Origin: an uncultured Bacteroidota bacterium
Lineage (GTDB): Bacteria > Bacteroidota > Ignavibacteria > UBA10030 > UBA8401
Direction: 5' to 3'
Assembly (NCBI GenBank): GCA_963843065.1
Contig: CAWJKX010000196.1
Span: 1,109-65,108, forward strand
DNA: 64,000 nt
A program made the translations under genes and the position numbers. Positions 28,612 to 38,698 of the stretch are shown here, piece by piece. The stretch's first letter is position 1. Each line of letters opens with the position of its first letter. The notes beneath the pieces were generated by a model that did no database searches, had not been told where the DNA came from, and was given only the letters and a program-made list of their open reading frames with translations.

Positions 28612-29682
28612 ATGACAAAATATATTTTACTGGGGTTCGCAGGTTTGTTGATGTTTTCAGGTGTTGACTGCAAGCATAACCCTGTTGGTCCGCCGAACGG
28701 GACAGATACAACCTCCAATAACTTCAGTTTCCAGACGTACACCTTCGGAGGTAATGCAGGAAGTTGCATGTTCTCTGATGTTGCCGTTATCAGTGCCAAA
28801 GATATCTGGGTTGTGGGGGCGGTGTATCTGGATTCGGCCGATGGAGCGCCCGACCCCTTCCCTTACAACGCCGCTCATTGGGATGGCAATAGCTGGACGC
28901 TGATGAAGATTACTGTTCAAACAAAGTATGGCCCTGTTACTGCACCATTTTATGGGATAACTGCTTTTTTATCGAATGATATTTGGATTTCGTCGGGTTT
29001 ACCAATTCATGGAGACGGGTCAAACTGGACACAGTTTGATTTATACACAATGGGGATTCTTGGTTCAAACGACGGGTATCTGACACGAGCCTGGGGGAGT
29101 AGCTCCGGTAACATATATTTTGTTGGTACTTCAGGAAGCATTGTCCACTACACGAACGGCATTTGGAGTAAGATTGAAAGCGGGACAAGTCTTCAGTTCA
29201 ATGATATCTGGGGTGGGGAAACCTTGTTCGGGTCTCAGATTCTTGCCGTGTGTTTACAGTTTGATCCCCTAGGCGGTGAGATATTCAGTATTCAAGGAAA
29301 CACGGCAAACCAAATTTCATCCTCTCCGATTCAGGGAGACCAATTGTACGGCGTTTGGTTTATTCCTAACCAACGATACGACCTTGCATTAGATTTCGGG
29401 GGTATCTACGAAAAGCGTTCTCTGAGCGACACCAGTTGGGTACCGTTAGAGATCACGGGAGCTGCAACAACAGGAGTGAGAGGCAACAGTGTGAACGATA
29501 TTGTGGTTGTCTCAGCGACAGGAGATTTGTTGCATTGGAATGGAGGGATGTGGAAGAGCTTTAGAAGTCAAACAGGAGTTGCCGGTAACAGTTATGCAAG
29601 AGTCGCTATGAACGGGGACGTTGTTATTGCCGTAGGAGTCAACGGCACCCAAGCGGCCATTACTATGGGTATGAGGCAATAA
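28612..29682 (+). CDS. Probable lipoprotein, Ycf48/BNR-like beta-propeller (paralog 3 of 3; lacks the N-terminal Ig-like module)
   Basis: 356 aa from MTKYILLGFAGLLMFSGVDCKHNPVGPP. Blades: HWDGNSWTL, IVHYTNGIWSKIESGT and LLHWNGGMWKSF. Confidence 0.7.
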   Translation: MTKYILLGFAGLLMFSGVDCKHNPVGPPNGTDTTSNNFSFQTYTFGGNAGSCMFSDVAVISAKDIWVVGAVYLDSADGAPDPFPYNAAHWDGNSWTLMKITVQTKYGPVTAPFYGITAFLSNDIWISSGLPIHGDGSNWTQFDLYTMGILGSNDGYLTRAWGSSSGNIYFVGTSGSIVHYTNGIWSKIESGTSLQFNDIWGGETLFGSQILAVCLQFDPLGGEIFSIQGNTANQISSSPIQGDQLYGVWFIPNQRYDLALDFGGIYEKRSLSDTSWVPLEITGAATTGVRGNSVNDIVVVSATGDLLHWNGGMWKSFRSQTGVAGNSYARVAMNGDVVIAVGVNGTQAAITMGMRQ

Positions 29683-29693
29683 GAAAGGAGGGC

Positions 29694-30098
29694 ATGACCA
29701 TGAGTGCTTTCATATAACCACAGGCGGTCTGCTTGCTGCAGTCACAGCTAAAGGGGTACGCTGCGGTGAATCCGACGGCAGGTCTTGCAAAAGCTTCGTT
29801 GAACGAATTGACTTTGGGAGGATTGGACATTCCCACGAGCTACGCCCTTGAGCAGAACTATCCGAATCCATTCAACCCGTCTACCACGATCAATTATCAG
29901 ATTCCGAAAGACGGTCTTGTGTCACTGAAAATCTACGATGCGCTAGGTCGTGAGGTGAAGACATTGTTAAACGAATACAAATCCACCGGCAAGTATTCGG
30001 TACAGTTCGACGCTTCGCATCTTGCAAGCGGCGTCTATTTTTATTCGATCCATGCAGGCGACTTTGTAGACGTGAAGAAGATGATGTTGATCAAGTAA
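29694..30098 (+). pseudogene. Orphan T9SS C-terminal sorting domain (gene remnant with in-frame stop)
   Basis: AAGGAGG-N4-ATG at 29694 reads MTMSAFI, then TAA (29715-17). The same frame continues PQAVCLLQSQLKG...YALEQNYPNPFNPSTTINYQIP...VYFYSIHAGDFVDVKKMMLIK. There is no signal peptide and no cargo domain. Confidence 0.55.
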
Positions 30099-30125
30099 TC
30101 GCTCTTTCGTTTGTCGCTCCAAACG

Positions 30126-30160
30126 ATCCCCGAAGCAGATGATGTTTCGGGGATTTTTAT
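30126..30160 (+). terminator. Terminator hairpin between convergent genes
   Basis: ATCCCCGAA (30126-34) pairs with TTCGGGGAT (30146-54) across an 11-nt loop and is followed by TTTTATT. Confidence 0.65.
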
Positions 30161-30242
30161 TAAACGCAAAGAGATCCGTATTTAAAAAACACTACTGTAG
30201 AATGGATTTCCAAGAGGCCGTCGCATGGCATTTCTCTCAATT

Positions 30243-31604
30243 TTATTTTTTTGAAATGCCGTACTGTTGAATCTTGGTATACAGCGTTTTTAAACTGATG
30301 CCGAGAATTTTCGCCGCAAGATTTTTGTCCCACCCGGTATGATGGAGCAGTCCCGTAATGTGTTCATGCTCAAGCTCCCGGAGTGAAACGGCGCTCCCGA
30401 TTTTTCCCGGCGCGGCTCCGGCTGAGCTGCTTCGGGGAAGAGCGAGATCTTTCGGTCGAATATACTCATCGGTTGAGAGAATGGCAGCCCGTTCGAGGAT
30501 GTTCTCAAGCTCGCGCACATTGCCCGGCCACTGATACTCCATCAACACCGGGATGACGTCGGGATGCAATTTTTTCGCGGTGCGCGTTCTCAGTTTATGC
30601 GCGACAATCTCGTTTGCCAGCAGGGGGATATCTTCCCGCCGGTCGCGCAGCGGCGGAATCGTAAGCGTAATAACATTGATGCGATAGAGCAAATCCTCAC
30701 GGAAACGTCCTTCTTTCACATCATCGATGAGATGCCTGTTTGTCGCGGAAATAATCCGTACGTCGGATTTCATGATCTTGTTCCCCCCCACACGGCGAAA
30801 TTCTCCCGTCTGAATGAAACGGAGAAGTTTCGGCTGGAATACCGGACTGATCTCGCCGATCTCGTCCAGAAACAGCGTCCCGCCGTTTGCTAATTCAACC
30901 AGCCCCTGCCGCATTGCGTGCGCATCGGTGAATGCTCCTTTTTCGTGCCCAAACAGTTCGCTCTCGATAAGCGTGTCGGGAATGGAGGCACAGTTGAGAG
31001 CAACAAACGGCTTTTCTGAGCGGGGGCTGTTCTTGAATAAAAAATTCGCAAACAATTCTTTGCCGGTTCCGCTGGCTCCTTCAATGAGGACGGTGGAATC
31101 GGTCGGGGCTACTTTGCTTGCCAGCTCCAACGCCCCGATGAACGCCGGGCTTTGCCCGATAAGGCTCGATGACGATGCCAAACGGGCCAGCTCGGATTTC
31201 ATGACTTTGTTTTCAATAAGCAGCTGACGCCGCTCCAGCGCTCTCGTAATAAGCGCAATCAGTTCATCGGCAGAGTACGGCTTGGTGAGATAATGGAATG
31301 CACCCAATTTCATGCACTCGACGGCGATGCGCACGTCATCAACACCGGTGAGCATGATCACCTGCGTGTCGATGTAGTTTTCTTTGATGAAATGGAGAAC
31401 CTCAATGCCGTCGACGTTCGGCATCTTCACATCAAGTAAAACGAGATCAAAAAAAGAATTCTGGACGGCATTTATTGCTTCAACGCCGTTGGCTGCCGTC
31501 GCCGCTGAGTATCCTTGCGACGCGAGGATCGTGCTCAGCATCTCGCGAAAACCCGCTTCATCGTCGACGATAAGGATCGAAGCTGTCGAGTTGTGTTTTC
31601 CCAT
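30243..31604 (-). CDS. Sigma-54-dependent response regulator (NtrC/AtoC family)
   Basis: 453 aa. REC domain (ILIVDDE...DLVLLDVKMP). AAA+ sigma-54 interaction domain (GASGTGKELFA, ESELFGHEKGAFTDA, FLDEIGE). C-terminal Fis-type HTH (NLAAKILGISLKTLYTKI). Confidence 0.9.
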   Translation of the reverse strand: MGKHNSTASILIVDDEAGFREMLSTILASQGYSAATAANGVEAINAVQNSFFDLVLLDVKMPNVDGIEVLHFIKENYIDTQVIMLTGVDDVRIAVECMKLGAFHYLTKPYSADELIALITRALERRQLLIENKVMKSELARLASSSSLIGQSPAFIGALELASKVAPTDSTVLIEGASGTGKELFANFLFKNSPRSEKPFVALNCASIPDTLIESELFGHEKGAFTDAHAMRQGLVELANGGTLFLDEIGEISPVFQPKLLRFIQTGEFRRVGGNKIMKSDVRIISATNRHLIDDVKEGRFREDLLYRINVITLTIPPLRDRREDIPLLANEIVAHKLRTRTAKKLHPDVIPVLMEYQWPGNVRELENILERAAILSTDEYIRPKDLALPRSSSAGAAPGKIGSAVSLRELEHEHITGLLHHTGWDKNLAAKILGISLKTLYTKIQQYGISKK

Positions 31605-31804
31605 GGGTAGATTCTAAGTTTTCTCTTCGAGACATCCGTTGTGAGTAACCGGGTAAACGAGACTCATCACAATGGGATGAGAGAATGAAGAAGATTCGCG
31701 GCCGTATCTTTCATAAATGAGGGCGCCGGGCAAACGATCCTCGACGGTACAATGCCTTTCGAGTGCGCTCGCGATGTAAACAGTGTTCCGGTTTCATTTC
31801 TGAT

Positions 31805-32176
31805 TTATGCTTTCATCACTTTTTTTACGGCATCGATCAATTGCTGCATGACAATGGGCTTCTCAAGATATACAACATTCGGGTTTGAATCCCACGCCCC
31901 TGCCTGTTGCGCTTCGCCGGTAACAAAAATTATCGGAATGTTTTGTGTTGCCGGGTCATCATGTAAGAGCTCATAGAGCATGAAGCCATTGACATTTTCC
32001 ATCATCACATCGCTGATGATGAGGTCGGGCATTTTTGTCTTTACGAGGTCGAGCGCTATAGAACCATCCTCGGCTTCAATAATCCCATACCCTTCCTTGC
32101 TCAAAATAATAGTTGCCAATTTCCGCATATCAGGATCGTCATCGACAACAAGGATGGTCTTCATCGTTTTCTCCAA
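31805..32176 (-). CDS. Single-domain response regulator (CheY-like receiver)
   Basis: 123 aa. ILVVDDDPDMR, DLIISDVMMENVNG and IPIIFVTGEA. Confidence 0.85.
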   Translation of the reverse strand: MEKTMKTILVVDDDPDMRKLATIILSKEGYGIIEAEDGSIALDLVKTKMPDLIISDVMMENVNGFMLYELLHDDPATQNIPIIFVTGEAQQAGAWDSNPNVVYLEKPIVMQQLIDAVKKVMKA

Positions 32177-32230
32177 TAGTGTCCTATCAAAACAGGTCCA
32201 TCGAATTCATATGTTAAGGGTGAAATGCAG

Positions 32231-32300
32231 TTCGAAACATCTGAAAAATTGTTTCGCGCTAAGCCGCTGGCGAAGCCATCCCTTTGGGAAAAGGCGCGAA
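32231..32300 (+). repeat. 70-bp repeat family C, copy 1
   Basis: TTCGAAACATCTGAAAAATT...AAGCCGCTGGCGAAGCCATCCC...GCGCGAA. A second copy lies at 38572-38640 at roughly 75-80% identity by eye. Lies about 40 bp 3' of the tricorn-like gene stop. Confidence 0.6.
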
Positions 32301-32338
32301 GATTCTGTTATAGACTTTTCCTTCGATTAGGCCCGATC

Positions 32339-35300
32339 TTACGGCTTCTTAAACGGCGGCACCGGAGGAAATTTGAACGGATTCTCCGTTGCTTTCTTGA
32401 GAGCTACTTCAATCGCTTTTTCCAACTGCGGGTCTTTTCCCGACATCACGCTTCCAGGATCGTTATCCACCCAAATGTCCGGATCGCCGCCATGGTTTTC
32501 GATAAGCCATTCGCCGGTCTGTCCATAAAAGCCGGTGTTCGATTGTTCTACTTTTCCGTTGTCAATCGTAATTTGCGTGTTCTGGATTCCGACCAAGTCC
32601 GCCCCACGATGTTACTCCTACGATCGTCCCAAGTTTTCTCGCTTTGAAGCTTTCGAGGAAGGCTTCGCCGTCGGACCCGTTGTCTTCGTTCGAGACAACT
32701 ACATAATTTCCGGCTGATGTGCTTCCCGGATAGCGCAGAGGGATCATGCCGTGCAAAGCACTCTGTGCCGTTACTTTTCGTTCAAGTTTATCGATGAGAA
32801 AATATTCAGTCCATCCTCCGCTGTTTCGCCGCACGTCAATGATGATTGCATCCTTGTACCGGAATGCGCGCCAGAATTTATCGAATTCTCCAATGCCGCC
32901 CGCTCCCATCGCATTGATATGCATGTAGCCGACTTTTCCGTCCGTCTCCTTCGATACTTTATTAATATTGTCGGCAAGCCAGCGTGCGTAACGGAGATTA
33001 TTATCGTTTCGGATCGGCTCAACCTCATACACTTTTGATCCCTGCATGGTCGGCTTGGCGTTCACAGTGATGCTGAATTTCTGTCCGCTGCTCATTTGCA
33101 AATACTTATTGTAATCGTCCGGGACTTTAACCTCCGTCCCGTTGATCGCCAACAGATAGTATCCTTCATGAATATCAAAGTCGGGACGGGAAAGAGGACC
33201 TGTAATGCTCGCATTGTATTCCGTCGGTCCGTAGATTTTTTCAAATTTATAAAAGCCGGATTTTTTATCGGCAACGAGGTCTGCGCCGAGCCAGCCCGTG
33301 TAGAGCAGAGGGGAAGCCGGCGAAACCGTTCCAGCATCGCCGCCGCTGATGTACGTGTGCGATACACAAAGCTCTCCCACCATTTGCTGCATCACCCAGT
33401 TCAGCTCTTCGCGAGAACTAAGGCCCGGAATGTATGCCCGGTATTTTTCGCCGATGGCTTTCCAGTCGTGCCCGTACATGTTGGGATCGTAGAAGAAATC
33501 ACGGTACCATCTCCAGCAGTCGTTGAATATCTGATTCCATTCCGCCGCGTAATCCACCGTGTAGACCATTCCGCCAAGGTTCACCTTCTCTCCTGCACTC
33601 CCCGATGAAAATGCCTTATCGAATGATGTAACGAAAACATCGTTCTCTTTTCCGATAATCAACTGTTCGCCGTTGAGCGACAGATCGAAATCGCTTATTT
33701 TGTCCCCGAGCACTGCATCCTTCTTCGCAGTCATATCATACATCATCAACTGCCATTTCGATGCCCCGTTCGGTTTGAAAATCTCTTCGTACTCGTCTTC
33801 TGTAAAGTGATCGATGGCGCACCATGCTACTTTTCCTTTACCCGCTTTAAGGTAGAAATAGTTTCCGGCGGGAACGGGAAGCGGGTACGTGCGTTTCTGC
33901 AGACCGTCAACATCGATATGCACAGTTCCCGATTCTTTTTTCTTCGCATCGCTTTCGTCGGATTCGACAAACGGAGGTTTTTCGCCATCCTTTAATTGAA
34001 CTGCCATGACGGTCTGGGGTGTGCGAATGGTATGGTCATCCTCGTAAAAATCCATGAGGATATCAAAATTCCGACTCGAAACAAAATAAAGGTAGTCGCC
34101 ATTCTGGTCGAAGCAGGGGTAAATATTGTCAAAAAAATCATCGGTCGCAGCGTATTTCTTTCCTTCTTCTACGTTGTAAAGATAGATCTGGCTGTTCCGG
34201 TTATACTGGACGAGGCTGTAGCAAACCCATTTGCTGTCCGGCGACCAATTGTAATCGCTGACCTCCCAATAAAATTCGTCGTTTTTTAGCTGGTTTGATT
34301 CGTCGATTTTTGTCAGCTTTTTCGTTGCAACATCGAGAACAAAGATTGCAAAATCCTTGTTGCCGAAAAGAATCTTTTTCCCGTCCGGGGACCATTTACA
34401 GTGATACACCGTGCGGTCGAGCGTTGTCGTTAACTGTGTCCATTCCCCGCCGGCAGCGCTTTGCGTATACAACTGATACTCTCCGGACTTATCCGAGAAG
34501 AATGCCACTGTTTTTCCGTCGGGTGAAAATTGCGGATATCTCTCGCGCGTGCCGGGCGAATTCGAGAGGTTCTTTGTCTCCCCTTTTCCCGTTGGGACGA
34601 CAAAGAGATCGCCTCGTGCTTCGACGACAATCTTCTTCCCGTCGTTGGAAACATTGACGCTGTGGACGTAATCCTTCGGGTTTATCGGCTTCGTCCGCAG
34701 TGCCCACCGATCGGAGGGACATTCAACTGAAATTTTTCTTACTTCTCCGCTCGCAATGTTCAGCAGATGAATAAATCCATCATGGAGAAATACAATCGTT
34801 TCGCCGTCGGTCGACGGCATCATCGCGTCGACATCGTTGAACGATGTGATCTCGTCGACCTTCTTTGTCGATAAATTTTCTTTGTAAATATTGGAAACGC
34901 CGTTTGTGCGGTCGGAAACAAAATACATCGCGTCGCCGAGCCACATGGGATAACTGTTTTTTCCAACATAATCCGTGACCGGTGTAAAAACTCCGGTCGT
35001 AAAATCATACATCCAGATATCCGGATACTGACCACCTTTATACCGTTTCCAATAATTTTCCTCACTCCCTCTTCGTTGATAAAGCATTTTCTTTCCGTCC
35101 GGCGCAAAACTGCAGAGACGTCCCCGGTCGATAGGAAATCGCTCCGGCGCCGAGCCGTTTTTATTGACAAAATAAAGATTGGGATCTCTCCCGATATAGT
35201 TTTCCGCATACGAACGATAAACGATCCGTTCGCCGTCGGGCGTCCAGCAGACCACTTGTGCGCCTCCGGAATGATACGTAACACGGACAGGTTCTCCCCC

Positions 35301-35585
35301 TTCCGATGGAATAACATACACGTTCGATGAACCGTCGTAACTCCCGGTGAACGCAATCCACTTTCCGTCCGGTGAGAATTTTGCGCTGTACTCCATTCCA
35401 GGAGCGTTTGTAATGCGGCGGGCAATTCCACCCCCCGTTGTTGCCAGCCAGAGATCTCCTTCATATGTGAAGACTATCTTATCTTTATAAATGTCAGGGT
35501 ACCTCATGAAACGCGCCTCGTTCCCAGCGTTCATACTCCCAACAAGAATAAGAAAGAGTGTCAGCGTATTCAGAAGTTGTTTCAT
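32339..35585 (-). CDS. Tricorn-like S41 family protease; one frameshift as assembled
   Basis: ORF 32562-35585 has a signal peptide, repeated PDGK-IAF/TolB-like propeller blades and an S41 core. ORF 32339-32596 (VGIQNTQITIDNGKVEQSNTGFYG...) joins it as ...GVTSWGGL|VGIQN... at GG 32595-96. Length is 3247 nt (3n+1), about 1081 aa. Confidence 0.85.
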
Positions 35586-36186
35586 ACGAGATCCTTTAAT
35601 TGATGTTCTATTTGATGTTTTTCCGAAACTTTGAAATTCCTAAGATTCGGCCAAAAATCGTCCAGACGTCCTTATATTGGACTGCTACATAGCGAATAAT
35701 TCCCACAATTTCAAGTCGCGGGAAACACTTTATCGATTGCCATGGATCGACCGACGGGCCCGGCCTGCTTTACTTAATATGCTGGCCAAGCTCGGAAAAG
35801 CTTTTCTGCCGCATTTTTCACTGAAGCGACATGCTTAACGTATTTCTCCGGAGGTCGACAGCAGCATTATCTTGTCCTTTTCCCAGCCGAGGATCGAGAA
35901 CTACTCCATTTCCAAATTGCCGTGTACGATCATTCCTTTCGCCAAAAGTGTAAACAATGCCGAACATATTGATCGCACGCGGAACATCACGAATGATTCT
36001 TTTTTAGATGGGATTTACAGAGGTCAAAACAATCAAGAAGGAATATTTGCGAGTATTTATCGTGCGGTTAATTCAAATTTTCACAGGTCGATCAAAAACA
36101 GTCAAACACTTCCGTACAAGAAAAATGCGACACATTCAATTCTTGTATCGCATTTAAGAGAATAAATGACCTTATATCAGGAACTC

Positions 36187-36600
36187 TTAACTCAGCCGCG
36201 AATATTCTGCAGCGTCCGGCAGCTGATAGATTCGCTGGAGCGTCCACTTCACTCCGTTGTACTGCAAGATCGCGACCATCGTTACTTGAAATCCGTTGTA
36301 TGTCCCGGTCGACGTCACGCGCATTTGCGTCCCTGAAAGCCCTGCCGGCCGATCTGCAATGTACGTCACGCTTCCGCCATTGAAGCTTACTGTGCTTGAA
36401 GGGAAGGCGGCTGCCGAGTTGCCTCCTACATCTCCGATGGCAAACTTTATCCCTGCAGTGGAAATCTGTCGTGCATCGTCATGGAAAGCCTGCGACTGCG
36501 CAACGTTGTAGATAGCCTGGTCTGTCGATGTAAACAGCAATGCATACATGCCAATCATAACGTATGCGCCGAGACCTATGATCACTTTCGATGTTCCCAC
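36187..36600 (-). CDS. Membrane-anchored protein, weakly PilX-N/pseudopilin-like
   Basis: 137 aa with a GTG start. Single N-terminal TM IIGLGAYVMIGMYALLF, then AQSQAFHDDARQISTAGIKFAIGD, then a beta-rich domain. No prepilin cleavage motif. A weak minus-strand hairpin ATGCGA-N19-TCGCAT plus T5 lies at about 36124-36158. Confidence 0.4.
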   Translation of the reverse strand: MGTSKVIIGLGAYVMIGMYALLFTSTDQAIYNVAQSQAFHDDARQISTAGIKFAIGDVGGNSAAAFPSSTVSFNGGSVTYIADRPAGLSGTQMRVTSTGTYNGFQVTMVAILQYNGVKWTLQRIYQLPDAAEYSRLS

Positions 36601-37074
36601 GTACTATCCTTGGTAATTTGGCTTATCTACACACAAAAACTTCTTGCGAAGCTTTCCCTTTTTATCCTACAACTGTATACAAGATACTCGATTACGTTAA
36701 AAAAGCAATGGTGTAGATCACGTATTTATTAAACTACGGTATGAACGGTAGAATGCCTAATTTCTTCTTAAAAACACCATTTTTCTGCCTGATCCTTAAC
36801 AATCTTATTCCCAACTTAGTTTCCATAGGTGCCTAAAGAGAAGAATTCTGGAAAAAAGGGGATAAAACAGCGGCCAATGTCGTCATCAAGGCCTGCCTTA
36901 CACGCAAGAAGCCAACCCGTACCAATGATCCCTCAAGGAGTCATTTTTTAAGCCTGCAATATCTTTACTTGACGAAGGACGAAGATTGCGTTTTCATCTA
37001 TCGGTTTCAGAAATAAAATTAATTAGGATAGTGATTAAAGAGCTTGAAGACAGCGCGGGGGGCAAAAAGATGAC

Positions 37075-38204
37075 TCAAAGAGCGGCGAGCAATCCGAGCA
37101 GCTCATCGACACAACTGTCCATGCTGAATCGCCGGAGAGCATCTTCGCGAGCAGAATGACCGAGGGAAATTCGGAGTTCATCGTTGTCGAGAATCTTGTC
37201 GATAGCATTGGCAACAGCTTCGACGTTTCGCGGTTCGACGAGCAGTCCGGTTTTGCCGTCTATAATAATTTCCGGCAGCCCGCCGGCATTAGTGGCAATG
37301 ACAGGTTTTTCCATTGCCATAGCTTCAATGACAACAAGACCGTACGTCTCGGCAAACGACGGAAGAACAAAAATATCCAACGCCGCCATGAGCTGTGGAA
37401 CGGCATCGGTAAAAGGAAGAAACTTCACATTTTGATCCATTCCGATCGTCTTGCAAATTTTTTGTAGGTACGCTTTGTAGCCTGGTTCTCCGGCAGTCTC
37501 GTCGCCGGCAATAACTATCAGAATCTCAGGATGGCGTTTCATTAGCTCCGGGGATGGCACGGAGCAGCACCTCCTGCCCCTTGCCGGGGTCGAGGCGCCC
37601 AAGCACACCGATGATTTTTTTATCGTGCGGCAATCCAAAAAAAGACCGGGCTTCAGGCTGGTTGAAATGCGCCGGGACAAACCGGTGAAGGTCTGTGCCC
37701 AGCGGAACAACTTTTACTTTCGCGCCGGCCATCCGGGTACACGCAAGCACATTCTCTCTCATACTATTCGTAAGAGTTATCCAGAGCGAGAGCTTTGAAA
37801 AAATCCATGTATGCCAAAAATCGCGTTTGTTGTGCCGTGAGTCCATCTGCTGATAAAATACAAATTTTGCCGAGGCGCGAAAAGTACGCTGCAAGCGATG
37901 CAAGATGAATATCCTGCGATTGCATCAATACGACTCGATCGATGTTCTTGTCCTGAAGAATTTTCGCAAGATGGAATGCAGCCGGGATGTCGCCGTACTT
38001 CCACCGCGGCGTTAGTGTAGCCAGGTCGAGGCCTAATTCGAGAGCGCGCTGGTGAAGCGGAGAGGATGGCGGGACGATAACCATCGCATACACTCCCTTG
38101 GTTTTCATACCCTGCGCAATGCGGAGCGTAGATAATTCAAGCCCCCCCAGCGAACGTGAAAAGCAAACCAAAGCGATCCGTTGTTGAGAACTTGTCATAC
38201 TCAT
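37075..38204 (-). CDS. Glycosyltransferase family 4; two frameshifts as assembled
   Basis: ORFs 37764-38276, 37526-37903 and 37075-37710 join at 37880-83 and 37550-53 (4-nt homopolymers). N-terminus RIALVCFSRSLGGLELSTLRIA. C-terminus VLPSFAETYGLVVIEAMAMEKPVIATNAGGLPEIIIDGKTGLLVE. Length is 1130 nt (3n+2). Confidence 0.8.
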
Positions 38205-38571
38205 AAAAGGTGCAGCGCCGATTATTTTGACCGGGCGATGAGATTGCAAGATTCGATTCCGGAGAATGATTGCCATAGGAAAGAAAAATGCTTCACAAAT
38301 ATTCCCCCAACTTTCTTGTTGGTTTGTGATGTAAAGATATGAGTTTGGTCGTCCCTGACAACTGGTGATGATTGTATTATCCAGCCAATATAAGAGGCCG
38401 TACGAGGAATATCAAGAATATCGGTGAGGGTAAATATTAGATTTTGGGAACGGATTTCCATCCGTTCCCAGAAAAAACGCACCAATACCGGAATATCAGC
38501 AGTAGCCCATCCCAACATAAGTGATGCCATGACTTTCACATTAACAAAAATCATGGCATCAATTTTTATAA

Positions 38572-38640
38572 TTCGAGACATCTGAAAAATTACCCCTCGC
38601 CAAGCCACTGGCGAAGCCATCCCCTCGGGATTTGCGCGAG
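38572..38640 (+). repeat. 70-bp repeat family C, copy 2
   Basis: TTCGAGACATCTGAAAAATT...AAGCCACTGGCGAAGCCATCCC...GCGCGAG. Lies about 60 bp 3' of the Gly-rich protein stop. The same spacer also holds GATGCCATGA-N18-TCATGGCATC (38523-60) and TGGGAACGGAT-ttcc-ATCCGTTCCCA (38445-70). Confidence 0.6.
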
Positions 38641-38698
38641 ACGTATTTTTGGAATTATTCAGAAATCTCAATTCATCTTTTGCAACTTACCGGAATCG

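Noticed and set aside
35872-36165. 97-aa plus-strand ORF in the gene-poor stretch before the pseudopilin-like gene.
   Set aside because: It has no RBS and low-complexity Asn/Ile/Ser-rich composition. It overlaps the minus-strand terminator hairpin. The opposite strand shows more protein-like, though broken, reading frames.
38222-38671. 149-aa ORF between the GT4 gene and the Gly-rich protein.
   Set aside because: It spans three hairpin or repeat elements (38445-70, 38523-60, 38572-640), has odd composition, no RBS and no recognisable motif. I treat the region as structured non-coding sequence.
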